Source: the human T2T-CHM13v2.0 reference genome, Homo sapiens. Taken from it: a stretch of 64,000 bases of DNA. Each line of letters begins with the position of its first letter. Positions within the stretch are counted from its first letter, which is position 1. The DNA lies in the NCBI RefSeq assembly GCF_009914755.1, contig NC_060928.1; one strand, written 5' to 3'. Shown here piece after piece: positions 41,401-54,361 of the stretch. A model generated the notes under the pieces. It was not told where the DNA came from and ran no database searches. It saw only the letters and a program-made list of their open reading frames with translations. Made by a program: the position numbers and the translations under genes.

Positions 41401-44400
41401 ATGCCTCATAAATTTCAAAGTGTTATGCAAATTCAAGGCACTAATGCATTGAGTAAATGGCAGATTTGGTGCCTGGCTCAGAGCTGAGCAGAGTGGATTC
41501 CCTACAAAGGGATGAACCCAAGGGAGAGTCAAGACCTTAGCCAATAAGAATTTTCTAGGTGACTTATGTGACATGGCCTATATCTGTAGTTTTCATTGTT
41601 TTTTTTTTTTTAAAGATTGTGGCAAGTATGTCGGGGCACAGAAGGGTCTTTTATCCTTGGGCATGTTACCCTGTGCTATTGCCTTTTGGAAATATGCCTA
41701 TCCTATTTTGTTGTAAGTCTGACCATAAATAGTTCTCTTCTAAAATGTGAACACTTTGTGCCTTTTATCTTCCTGCTGGCAACCCCTTGCATCTTTCTTT
41801 CATTTTACAAATAATAATGCTTATAATAGAATATTTGGGGAAGGCCAAAAAGGAGAAGTGAGAAAAACATCACCCATAAGACAATCACTATTAACATTAG
41901 TTTATTTCTTCACTTTCTTTTTTTCTATGCATATATGGAAAAAAACTATATTTGGTTTTATATAGTTATGGACAAACTGCATATCCAATGTTATAGTCTG
42001 CTTTTGTTTCCCACATAATGTAAAATAAGAAATTTCCTTTATTTCCATTTTTTTCTGCCCTCCTATCATTCAAAACTCATGTTCTGCCCCATCTTCCTTT
42101 GGTAGCTCCTCATGTTTTGCTGATTTGATTTACAAGGCCTCATCTGCATTCTAATGACATGTTTCTGCCACTAGAATCCATCTCTCTTCTAAGAGTTAAT
42201 TTAATTGTCTGTATCTCTTATTTTACCATGAGCTCCTTCAAGTAGGAACCATGTCTATTTGACTTTTTGTGCACAGAGACCAGATCAGTGCTTGGCGTAA
42301 ACTGCTCAAGAAATATTTGTGGAATAGACTACCAATTCCTATGATAAATTCTTAGCAAAAATCATGTGTCTGCCCTCTAGACCATTGAGCTGATAAACTA
42401 TAATTTCCTTAAAAATACCTCAATTGCTGGTTTCCATAGTTACATTACAATTAACATTTTAAATGTATTTTTTCTGTGTTTCAGATTGTTTTTAAACTTA
42501 AGATTCATAAATGAGAAATTCTAGGTCTCAATATTTTTTAATGACATTTGACATGTATTTTCCAATTGCTTTTAAAGAACTTGGATCTACTTTCATCACT
42601 TTCAAGATATATCCCAGAGTTCATCAAGACTACATTAAGACAGGATGGATACTCCTTCCTCCAGGAAGCCTTTTCTGTTTCCCTACCTGCTCTACTTGTT
42701 AAGCTTAGGTGTGTCTCCTCTGTGCTTCTATATAACCCTTCACTATAGAGTTAGGATGTTTTGTTATGGTTATATATTTATCTTTCTTCCAAAGAAGACT
42801 ATGAGCTCCTTTAAAGGAAGAGGCAAATGTAATAAATTATTACAGTCCCTAGTGCCTAGAGGTGTAACAGATTCACAATACATTCTTATTCACTGTAAGA
42901 AACCAGTGCTTAATCCAACTATATAATAAAATTGACCCATGAATGAGGATAATAATGGCAATGATTATGTAACAAACATAAATTGGAGGATGAGAGAGAT
43001 GAGTAGACTACAGGTTTATTCTTTACCCTGGAAACTTTGACAGAATTAATGTTCAGTACATGCTATAATGTTCGATTATTCCACAATTCACACACTGGAG
43101 TCAGGAAGTTGCCCAACACTGAATTTTCCCTTCTCCATCAGCCTGCCTTTACTTCATTTTATATGTCATGTTTCCTTCCTCTAAAAATTCTTAGGGTTTA
43201 CCACTTCAGCATGCAGATTCAATTACTGGTAGTGCAGCCTAAGGCAAGCAGTCCTATCAGTGCTAAATCTGTTAAAAAAGAAAGTCCACACTTTTCTTGG
43301 GGAAAAAAAAGGTTTTATGAGTTCAAAATGAATATTTTACCAAGGGCAGAAAATGAGCAAAGAGGTATGAAAGAGGCTACAGGATTATTTCCTAGCAACC
43401 CATCAGCCAAAACGAAGCCTAAATATGCTATGTCCTAAATCCCAGTGCAGAAAGAATATAAGTGATCTTAAAGAATACATGCGCTTTTTTCATTTATTCA
43501 GTTTTTCTTCAACGTGCTGATCAGTATCATCTATATAGAAATGATCATTAAATATGTGAGGAGAGTTCTGTGATGTTGATGGAGTCACAGGAGGGTCCCT
43601 TTTTCTTATATTCACATTCTCTAATAGCAGAGTTGAATTATTGCATTTTTCCTAGTTTCCCAAGTTAAGAAGTAGATTGGGAAATTAGAATTGGTTACAG
43701 GCTGAATTTTACATGTTAAAGGCTTTACATGTTAAAGGCTTTTGACTTAAAAAGATATTGGTAAGAGCGAGCCAAGGGTTTCTTTTTACAAGGTCAAAAA
43801 CGTAAATATGCATAACCAGACAAAGTCCTTCACACCTAAATACCAAGTTATAAAAAAATCTTGCTCCTAACCCATGTAGACATGATGCTTACTCTTCAGG
43901 GTGAGGTATCCATCTTCATTCCATTCACAAAAAATAGCCACTCATGTCTAGGATCCATCAATGTGTGAATTCTCGACACTTAACTGCAGCAAGTATTTGC
44001 TAAGTGGCATATTCAGAACAGAGCCGCATCTATCACTCAAGTGTTACTAATTTCCATTGTAATGAGCACTTGAGAATGAACAGTAACTTCATTGTTCAGG
44101 AATACATGTGCAATCCTGCTGTTGATCGCCAATAAACGGGAACTCATTTTCCAACCCTCAGAGCTTGCCTCTGGCACATGGAATTTGGAGGTATGAGTTC
44201 TGTGGGTAATTATCCCACTTTGCATGTGTACAGTGCTTTGTAGTTAACAAAGACTTCCACATCCAGTAGAAGCGGTGGCCTGACAGTTTAATTATTACTA
44301 TTAAATTGAAAGCTAACTGTAATCATTTCTGACAAGTCCCCTATCTTTGTCAGCAAATTTAGTGGGTTCAGTCAACTACTAAGTTGAATCCAGTCCATTT

Positions 44401-44947
44401 TCCTCCATGCCGTCATTGCCCTAGTTGAAGTTCTTATCAGCTCTCTCGATCAGGGGCAATATTTCTTCTAACCGGTCTTCTGTATTCCAGTCTCCCATCC
44501 TCCCCTTCCCACTTCCCAATAAATCCTCCACACAGCAGTCAGAATGACCTTCAGAAAAGCAAATCTATTATGTTATTTTCCCTCCTTAACGTCATTCAAT
44601 GGCTTACAGCTGCCTTTAAGATAAAGTACAAAATCCTCCACAGAGTAAAAGACTCATGATCTAGCCTCTGCCCAGAGGCTGAATTCTGAGTCCCTCAACA
44701 CTGAAAAGATTACAGTGATCCACTTTCTACTTCCTCGTCTCTTCATCCACGTGTAATGAAGAAGGGAAGAAACTATAAAACATGAAACAATGTTGTAGTT
44801 AAAATAGTTTCTTAAAACAGTTCTGATTACAAAATTCTGGATAAATTTATCAAATCCACCTCCCTTTGATCTCTGGTCAGAGGATTACTTACTTTCTAGC
44901 CAGCCCTTTGATGCTTGTAAGATGACTTTTAAAAGATGTTATTTTAA

Positions 44948-45233
44948 TTTTCTTTTTTTTTTTTTGAGACAGAGTATCACTCTGTCACTCAGGCTGGAGT
45001 GCAGTGACTCACCGCAACCTCTGCCTCCTGGGTTCAAGCAATTCTCCTGCTTCAGTCCCTGAGTAGGTAGAACTATAGGCCTGCGCCACCACGCCTGGCT
45101 AATTTTTGTATGTTTAGTAGAGACGGGGTTTCACCTTGTTGGCCAGGCTGGTCTTGAACTTCTGACCTCAAGTGATTCACCTGTCTTGACCTCTAAAAGT
45201 GCTGGGATTACAGGCATGAGCCACTGCATGCGG
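44948..45233 (-). mobile_element. AluS-like with small internal deletion
   Basis: poly-T, GGCTGGAGTGCAGTG directly followed by ACTCACCGCAACC; CTGACCTCAAGTGAT. Confidence 0.85.
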
Positions 45234-45399
45234 ACTTATTTTGAACTTGGTTGGTTTCAGTGGAAGGGTCAGTATGCAAACCCAGCCTACCATATTACCA
45301 GAAATGGCTCATTACAAGGTTTTCTAAAGTTGAACCAGACTCCTGTCTTACAAGAAACCCAAACTGCTTATGACCTATTTTCAGTATTTTTTTTTTTTT

Positions 45400-46780
45400 A
45401 AACTCATTGCTGTATTTGGTTTGCCATGATAATATTGTTTTGGGGGTTTTGTGTCTGTGTTCACATGTGAGATGTGTCTACAATTTTCTGTGCTTGTACT
45501 GTCCTTGTCTATTATTTGTGTCAATGTTATATTAACCTTGGGAAATGACTTGGGAATTGTTTCCACACCTTTTATTCTTCCATAGAAATTGTATAATATT
45601 GAAATTAAAATGTGACAGATCATGACTGTAAAATGAATATGGTGCTTTTTCGTAGAAATATTTAAAATGAGTGATTTTGTCAATAATCATTTAAGTTTTC
45701 GATTTCTTGAGTCAGCTCCAGTAATTCAGTATTTTTCTAGGAGTTTGTCCTCTCACTTAAGTTTTAAAATTTATTGGCCAAGAGTTTTAAAAACCTTGTG
45801 GTGTTTTCATCCCTAATGCATCCTTAGTTGTGTTTCCTTTACATTTCTAGTATTGTTTCATGTTGCTTTTTTTCCTGATCCATCTTTCCAGTGGTTCATA
45901 ATTTTGTTAGTTTTATTTGCATATAACTTACATTTGGCTGGACTGAATGTCAGTATATTTGTTTTCTATTTTATTAATTTCATTTCCTATCTTTGTTATT
46001 TTCTTCTTTTTATCCTTTTGAACTTAGTATAGTTCTTTCTTTACCTTCTTATTTTGGATGCTTAGAGCTTAATTTTCAAGTTATTTGTTTTTCTAATACT
46101 GACTGAGTCTAATCTGAAAATTCAAAATCTGAAATGCTCAAAATCTGAAACTCTTTTGAGCACTGACATGACGCTCAAAGAAAATGCTCATTGGAGCAGT
46201 TTGGATTTCAGATTTTTGGTTTAAGAATGCTCAACCAGTAAGTATATAATGCAAATATTCCCAAATGTGAAAAAAATTCAAATTCTGAAATAGTTCTGGT
46301 CGGAACTATTTCGGATAAGGAATACTCAACCTGTATATATACATATTAGGCTATAAATTCCCTCTGTAAACATAACTTTAACTATCTCCCACAATGTTTG
46401 ATATGTACTATTTTTATTGTGAACTTTTATTAATTTCAATTATATTTTTGTTCTTATGGGTTACTCAAATTTTTGTCATTGGTTTATATCTTAATTATAT
46501 CAACAAATGTGGTTTGTGTGATATTTATTATTTAAAAATTGTGGGTATTTGCTTTATGGTCTAGTACATGGTGAAATGTTTATAAACATTCAGTGTCTTC
46601 TGTACTTGTTAAGTGCAGTGTTTTACATGTATTTCTTAGATCAAGTTTTCTAATTGGGTTGTTTAAATGCCCTCTATACAGTTTTTGTGTGTGTGTGTGT
46701 CTGTTTTAGTTGTCAATTGCTGAGAAGGAGTATGTTAAAATTTCTCGCTGTGATGAAGTACTTACTTGTAAATTTTCTTT
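45400..46780 (-). mobile_element. Old L1M remnant interrupted by Tigger4
   Basis: Minus-strand ORF fragment ITLTQIIDKDSTSTENCRHISHVNTDTK is like L1 ORF2 RT-adjacent PKPDKD..KENYRPISL. Confidence 0.6.
46099..46333 (+). mobile_element. Tigger4a/MER46-like TcMar DNA element
   Basis: Repeated AAATCTGAAA, GACATGACGCTCAAAGAAAATGCTCATTGGAGC, terminal ATACTCAACCTG followed by TA. Confidence 0.75.
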
Positions 46781-48121
46781 TATCAAGTGATTTTACAAAC
46801 CTTCATTTTTTCCAACTACAACAGCAATATATATTAGTTATAAAAAACTCAGTTATAGTTATAAAAATACAAAAATATATTAATGCTAAGATTGAATACG
46901 CCTTGTATTTCCACATAATAACCGTGAGCAATTTGGTATATAATTCTTTCACAATATGTTTTCTAGGTAGGGGTGTGTGGGGTGTGTGTATGTGTGTGTG
47001 TGTGTATTCCTAGAAAGCATTATGACAATCGTTTTTAAATTGGGAGACTACATTAGAATAACACTTTAAAATGAACAGCTGTGACCACCATTTTACTGAG
47101 AGGCCATTTTAACACCAAAAAAAAAAAATGTAATCCATCTGTCAGATTCTTCCAATTCCTTGAGGACTGGATAAATTTATCTTAAACTTGACTTAAATCT
47201 GTGTGGCAAACTCCATTGCCTTATTCTAGGTTTGTCTGAATTCCCGGGTACCTTATATTCTCATGGCTGCATCTTCCTTTCAATTTATACTCTGTTTTGT
47301 GCACAAAGGTGACACCCAGCTTCTTCGAAAACAGTCACAACAACAGTAACAATCTCCCCTCTCCATTCACAAGTGTAGTAGGCAAAACTGAAGCCTGTGA
47401 CTGGTGTAGGTAGGATGGTAGTGAACGGTGTGTGTGTGTGTATAAAGTGGAAGGAAACAGAGAAAAGTCTATTTGACTAAGAAGAGAAAATTCAAATGGA
47501 ATAACAGACCGCATGACTCTAACTAAACAAGTCCTTCAGCCCCCCTAACCCAGCCTCACTCTTCTCTAGAATTTTTTATCTTGCTGACTTCTTTTTCCCC
47601 TTGCTTCTCTGTCCCACTTTCTTCTCATTCCCGTTTTCCAAAACAATCAAATTTTTCTTTTTTCTTTTAGGTAGAATCATTTAACATTCAATTCTTTTGA
47701 AGTTTGGTCATGCTCTAATATCGCTTTGATTCTTAACTTATTACAAGATATTTTCCCAAAAAGTTTACTCACTAAGAGGGGGTCTGGAACTGTTAGGATA
47801 GCAAATCCTTTCCACTTTTTATGAAATAATATTCCCAGGAGTGGGATTACTGGATCATATGGTAATTCTATTTTAATTTTTTGTTGAGGAAACTCCATAC
47901 CATTTTCTGTAGTGGCTGAACCATTTTACACCCCATCAACAATGCACAAGGGTTCCAATTTCTTCGTATCATTATTGATACTTGTTTTCTACTGATAGTG
48001 GCCATCCTAATGGGCTTGAGATAATATGTCATTGTGGTCTTGATTTCCCCACAAGACACTTTTTTTCTACTTGAATTGGAAGTCAGACATAAAGTAGAAA
48101 CCATCATTTTTTCCTGAAAGT

Positions 48122-48317
48122 TAGGGTTGCCAATAAAATGCAGACTGCCTAATTAAGTTTGAATGGGGATAAACAAAAATAATTTTTTTAGTATAAATAT
48201 GTCCCCATACTGCATGACACATATTTATATTAAAAGAATATTTGTATGCAGTATTTGGGACACATTTATATGTGCCTAAAAATTATTTGTTGTTTATCTC
48301 AAATCTAAATGTACCTG
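48122..48317. mobile_element. MER53-like palindromic hAT element, left part (right terminus at about 49512-49550)
   Basis: TAGGGTTGCC..ATAAAAT at the left end and ATTTTTATTTGCTGAAACTGGCAACACTA after the LTR12. Confidence 0.7.
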
Positions 48318-49507
48318 TGAGAGGCGACAGCGTGCTGGCAAGCCCTCACTTGCTCTGCGCGCCTCCTCGGTCTTGGCGCCCATGCTTGAGAAGAATCCCT
48401 TCAGCCCGCCGCTGCACTGTGGGAGCCCCTCCCTGGGCCGGCCGAGGCCGGATCCCGCCCCTTCCGCTTGCGGGTAGGCGTGGAGCGAAACGCGCCGGCT
48501 GAGGCCGGGATCGGGCCCCTTCCGCTTGAGGGCAGGTGTGGAGCGAAAGGCGAGGGCGGGAACCGGGGCTGCGCGCGGCGCTCGGAGGCCAGCGCAAATT
48601 CCGGGTGGGCGCGGGCTCGGCGGGCCCCGCGGGCCCGCACTCGGAGCGCCTGGCCGGCCGGCACTGCCGACCCCGGGCAGTGAAGGGCTCAGCACCCGGG
48701 CCAACAGCTGCGGAGGATGCACCGGGTGCCCCGCGCCGCGCGAGAATTTGCCGGGCCTCAATCACCTCCACACGGGGCAGGGCTCGGGACCTGCAGCCTG
48801 CCATGCCCTCGCTCTCTCACCCGCGGTGGGCTCCCGCGCGGACCGCGCCTCACCGATGAGCGCAGCCCCCTGCTCCAAAGTGCCTGGTCCCATGGACCGC
48901 CCAATGGCTGAGGAGTGCGGGCACACAGGCGTGGGATCCACCAGTGAAAGCCAGCTGGACTCCTGAGTCTGGGACTTGGAGAACTTTTATGTTTAGCTGG
49001 AGGATTGTAAATGCACCAGTCAGCACTGTGTCTAGCTCAAAGTTTGTAAACTTACCAATCAGCACCCTGTCAAAACGGACCAATCAGCTCTCTGTAAAAT
49101 GGACCAATCAGCTCTCTGTAAAATGGACCAATCAGCAGAATGTGGGTGGGGCCAGACAAGGGAATAAAAGCAGGCTGCCCGGGTTGGAAGAGGTAAACCG
49201 CTAGGGTTCTCTTACAGATGGTGGGTGTTTTGTTCTTTAGCTGTTTTTAATAAACCTTGCTGCTGCTCAATTTTTGGGTTGGAACTACGTGTGTGAGCTG
49301 TAACTCTCACTGCAAAGGTCTGCAGCTTCACTCCTGAAGCCAAAGAGACCACGAACCCACCAGAAAGAAGAAACTCGGAGCACGTGTGAACGTCAGAAGG
49401 AACAAACTGTGGACAGGGCATCTTTAAGAACTGTAACATTCACTGTGAGGACCTGCGGCTTCATTTTTGAAGTCAATGAAACCAAGAACCCACCAATTCT
49501 GGACACA
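48318..49507 (+). mobile_element. LTR12 (ERV9) solo LTR, 1190 bp, CpG-island-like
   Basis: TGAGAGGCGACAGCGTGCTGGC...CCAATCAGCTCTCTGTAAAATGG repeats...CCACCAATTCTGGACACA; TSD CCTG/CCAG. Confidence 0.92.
49050..49172 (+). promoter_or_regulatory. ERV9 LTR promoter: four CCAAT (NF-Y) boxes plus AATAAAA TATA-like box
   Basis: CCAATCAGC at about 49055, 49080, 49104, 49128; GGAATAAAAG at about 49161. Confidence 0.65.
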
Positions 49508-51009
49508 CCAGGACATTCTCTATTTTTATTTGCTGAAACTGGCAACACTAAGTGCGGGGCACCAGACACTGCTGTGGCTCAGGCATCTCGCTATGGATAA
49601 GTGGTTCATCTTTCAGCCTGGGGAAGCAGCCAGATCTGGAACACCTCCAGCAATTGCCATATCCTTCAGCTTCAGAAGGCCGCCAGCAGGGGTCAGGTGA
49701 GCGGGCCAGGTGTGTGTGTAGCTCTGTGAGGGAGGGAGCAACTTACCCAGCAGGACACCCCTATCTTTCATACTGGAGGCTGGGAGATAGTGAGACACCT
49801 ACATGGCTTCCAGAACATTCTAGTTGATTCTATTTAGCATTGCGGGCTGCAATTTGTCCTTCATGTTCATCTCTTCTGGAGTGCTGGACCTGATGGCGTC
49901 AGGTTATATAGCCCAACCTCAGCCTCACCTTGATGATCTAATTGGCTCTCAAAACTGCATAAGATGAAATCTTTGAAATTAATCACATATAGAGTCCTCT
50001 CTCTTTTCTTCCCTGTCCACTAATTCACCTTCTCAGAACAAATCCTGAATGATATGCGCTGGAATGTGCTCATATCCATTTTTATATAAGGACACTAGAT
50101 CTCAAAGATTATAAGTAACTTGTCCAAGGTTATAGAAATAGCAAGTGGCAGAAGGAAGCAATATTTGATCTTGGTCTGTCTACCTCGAAAAGACATGGTC
50201 AGATTAATCTGTCTTCAGAAATACAATGGGGTGATCACACATGTGGAATATTAATTGACCGATGAGTGTCACATTCAAAACAAGCAAGGTAATTAATCTA
50301 ATTCAGCACTAGTGATTAGGTCTCATTAATACTGTATTTAGTAAGTGAGCATTTAATTTCTTTTAAGAGACATAGATAAATTGGAGGAATTTTTAGAAGA
50401 CCAACCAACCAGAGAGGGATTTAGGAAGAGAAAATGTTAATGAAATAATGCAGGCAATGAAGTATACGGCAAAGAAGAGGAGTTGTAGTTAGAGCATAAG
50501 GGATTCAGCAATATGCACAGAAGTGGGCAGAGAAAGACATAAAAGCCCAGGGCATTAACAACAATTTTTAAGACGAGCAAGTTCCTTGCACATCCTCTGA
50601 CATTCTAGAAAACTGTAAAAGGTGCATACAGTTCCTAAAGTACCAGTTAAATGCTTAAGTATCTCAAATTATTTCAAATAAGTGAAACTTCCCAAGCCAA
50701 AGGCCTGGCCCCCACCACTTACTCCCATATTTCATCTGTTCTAAGATGTCCTTTTTTTCCCCACTTTTTTTTACGTAACAAATTAGGATGCGTTTAAGTC
50801 TCGTTTTTTTTTTCTTAGCAGTATATAGTGGTGGATATAATAATCAATGGTATTTTATCATTTGTAAAATATAGTAACTATGCGATCTTGGGCAAATTTA
50901 TCAATTTCTCTGTGCCTTCATTTCCTCGTCTCTAAAGTGGGATAATAATACCTCTTGTATAGGCTGTCATGAGGAGTAAATGAGCAAACTAAACGATGTG
51001 TTTAGAGCA

Positions 51010-51470
51010 GAGTGACAGTTATCTGTAGACACAAGAATGCTGCATTACACACCACACCAAAACTTGTGGCTTAGAACTATAACCGTTTATTGTTTCAGCT
51101 TGGTGGTTCTGCTGAAATGAGCTGGGCTTCACGGGGCTTACTCGTGCATCTGTGGCCAGCTGGGGTCCAGCTAGGAAGCTCTGCTAGTCATGGTGGGGCT
51201 CTCTCCCATGTCTGGAGCTGTGACTAGAAAAAGCCTTTGCTTCATGCGTTCTTTGATCTCTGGCAGGCTACCTTGGGCTTACTTTCAGGGTGGTGGCAGA
51301 GTTCCAAGTGCAAGCATGGAGGCCCAGGCTCAGAGCTGGCACGCCATTATGCCCATGGCATCCTGTGGACAAAAGCATGCCACAAGGCCAGCCCAGATTC
51401 AAAAGGTGGGGAGATAGACTCCATCTCATAATTTGAGAAGCTGAAAAGAGCCTGGGTATTAAGTTGGGGG
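51010..51470 (-). mobile_element. MLT1 (MaLR) LTR, old
   Basis: CACCAAAACTTGTGGCTTAGAAC..TTTATT and CAAGGCCAGCCCAGATTCAAAAGGTGGGGAGATAGACTCCATCTC. Confidence 0.6.
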
Positions 51471-52849
51471 CTGGATAATTAGGATAATTACAACATTTTG
51501 TTGGATAATTACAGAAACATTGGTTTTAAAAGCAATGTACTGCAAATGCTGCTTGGCACACAGTGTGTGCTCAAGAAGTCTTAACTATCATCGCCATCAT
51601 CATTATTAATAAAGTCCCTCAGGAATTATAAATTGATTCCAGCTGGTTTAGTGCAAGTTGGTTAAAGGAAGGTTAATAAGTTGGCTGTGGGTATGAGGTG
51701 TGTTGGGTACAGCCAAGGTATCTGATGTGCGCATCAAAGGCTCAGAAGCAGAGTCTTCGAATATAAAAGTTAAAAAAGCTGAGAGTCCAGCTACTCTCAG
51801 TCCTTTACCTTATTGGGACGAAAAATGAGTTCAAGGGAGGTGAAATGGCCTCTTCAAATTTACATAGCAGAAGTACCTGAATGCCCAATTTCCATGCCAA
51901 TACTCTTTCTACCATAAAACGCTGCTTCTCTTCCAAGTATGACTGAGGGGAAAAAAAGATCCTATTTCCTTTTAAGTCCGCAGCAAAATAAAACCTCAAA
52001 TGAATGCAACACGTAATAAAATAAGCCCTTAAATAAACGATCATAAATACATGTTTATTCATGGTGCCACTTTAAATATAAGCTTTTAGTTTGTTGGAAC
52101 TTACGAGTCCTTTTTAATGATGTCCAAATATTGTATAATATCAAAATAATTTTTAATTTTAATGAAAGTCATCTATTTCCAATTTTATATATGCATAGAA
52201 TAAATAGATTCTTTGTTAGGCTTCGATAAGAATGGGCAGCACATAAAATTCATATGTACTTTTTAAGAAGCAGACAAGGATAAATTTCTGTTGGTTTAGA
52301 GTTAGAATAAAAACAAACCACTTAGTTTTAAATAGTAAACTGGATTTACTATTTCAAAGAACAAAGTCTGTAAATAGACTTAGTAGAATAATTGAGCATC
52401 AAAGACACTGAAAATATTTTTTTATTTACAAATAAATTGGTCTGAAATTCACAAATTGAAGGTAGCATTGAAATGCCCAGCAAAATGCGTTTATTGTTTT
52501 GTCTACTAGTAAGAACTACACACACTGCATAAGATCTAATCCTTGGAATTAATTATATATATGTGTGTATATATATAATATATACATAGTACTTACATTT
52601 GTATGATTGTGTATGTGCTATTTGCTCCCATATACTCAAGGGTACGTTTATTAGAGTGCAATGGAGAGAACACCAGGTTTGAAATCAGAAGAACTGGGTG
52701 TGAATTTGTCGGTTATACAGCCCTGGGTAGTCTTATAACTTACTTGCATAGAGGAATGTTATATTTTAAATGTTTGTAGAAGAAGCTGTGTAGATAAAAG
52801 ACAAAAAAAGTTCCTTGTATTTCCACAAAATATTTACCTGCCTTAATTC

Positions 52850-53515
52850 TTAAAATTATGATAAAATCTACTATCATAACCTTTTTAAGTATACTGTTTA
52901 ACAACGTGTTTAAACACACTCACTGTTGTGCTACCATCACTACTACTATCCACCCACAGAACTCCTCTTATCTATCTTGCAACACGGAGCCTCGATAGCC
53001 CTTAAACACTAAATAACTCTCTATTCTCTATCCATTAAACATTAAATAACCCCTCATTTCCTGCTACCCCTAACCCTGGTAACCACCATTCTACTCTCCT
53101 ATCTCTATGAATTTTACTACTCTAGACCTCTAGACGCCTCATATAACTGATTCATAGAGTATTTGTCCTTTTGTGACTGGCTAATTTCACTTAACGTAAT
53201 GTTCTCAAGGTTCATCTATGCTGTAGAATGTGTCAGAATTTTCTTCCTTTTTCAGGTGGAATCATATTCTATTGTATGTGAGTTGTATATTGATACTGTA
53301 TATAGATATATGTTGTATATGGATGCATTGCATATGGATATACGATGGAATATGTGTACGCATGCAATGAAATATGATTCCACCTGAAAAAGAAACGATA
53401 TTTCTGAGAAAGAAATGAATATTTTGCTTATCCATTCATCCACTGGTAGACATTTGGGTTGCTTCTTTTTTTTTTTTGGCTATCATGAACAATACTATTA
53501 CAAACATGTATGTGC
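52850..53515 (-). mobile_element. L1MB-like 3' remnant containing an inverted duplication
   Basis: CCTGGTAACCACCATTCTACT, TTTGTGACTGGCTAATTTCACTTAA, TATCCATTCATCCACTG. Confidence 0.75.
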
Positions 53516-53578
53516 TCCACAAAATATTTTGATTTTTGACATACTAAAAATATACAAGTTGACATCAGGGTTAGTCAA

Positions 53579-54232
53579 TGGTATGGTTTGAATGTTTATG
53601 ATCCCTTGAAATTTGTATGTTGAAATCCTAACATCTAAGGTAATGACATTAGAAGATAGAAGCTTGGGAGGTGATTAAGTCATGAGGGCAGAACCTTCAT
53701 AAATAGAATTGGTGCCCTTTTGAAAGAGCCCTGGCCAGGCACGGTGGCTCACACCTGTAATCCCAGCACTTTGGGAGGCCGAAGCAGGTGGATCACAAGG
53801 TCAGGAGTTTGAGACCAGTCAGGTCAATGTGGTGAAACCCCGTCTTTACTAAAGAAATACAAAAATTAGCTGGGTATGGTAGTGTGCACCTGTAATCCCA
53901 GCTACTCAGGAGGCTGAAGCAGGAGAATTGCTTGAACTTGGAAGGCGTAGGTTGCAGTGAGCCGAGATTGTGCCACTGCACTCCAGCCCAGATGACAGAG
54001 CAAGACTCTGCCTCAAAAAAAAAAAAAAAAAAAAGGAAAAGCCCCCAGGGGAGCTCATTCCCCTGTTCTACCTTGTGAGGACACAGCTCAACAGCACTAT
54101 ATATTAATCAGAAGTCAGGCCCTCATCAGATACAAGCACTTTGATCTTGGACTTCCCAGCCTCCAGAGCTGTGAGAAATAAATTTCTGTTGACTCAGTTT
54201 ATGTTACTTTGTTATAGCAGCCAGATGGACTA
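53579..54232 (+). mobile_element. MLT1A-like MaLR LTR split by an Alu
   Basis: TATGGTTTGAATGTTT..GTTGAAATCCTAA..; TTGGACTTCCCAGCCTCCAGAGCTGTGAGAAATAAATTTCTGTTG..TTATAGCAGCC. Confidence 0.75.
53733..54034 (+). mobile_element. AluS (Sg/Sc-like)
   Basis: GGCCAGGCACGGTGGCTCAC..GGATCACAAGGTCAGGAG..A tail. Confidence 0.9.
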
Positions 54233-54361
54233 TTCATTGCAACAAAATTTCCAATTCATTTTGGTGGATCTGGAGAGGCTTAAACAGCTCTTGAATTAAA
54301 CCCTTTCCACTGTGGAGGGCATAATTGTTTATAGACCATAAAGCTAGGTATAAAAATACTT

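Noticed and set aside
43037-43438. 133-aa ORF
   Set aside because: Non-ATG start, no recognisable domain, consistent with chance.
48242-48966. GC-rich Arg/Pro/Ala ORFs of 85-155 aa
   Set aside because: Stop-poor GC-rich LTR12 sequence, open in several frames on both strands.
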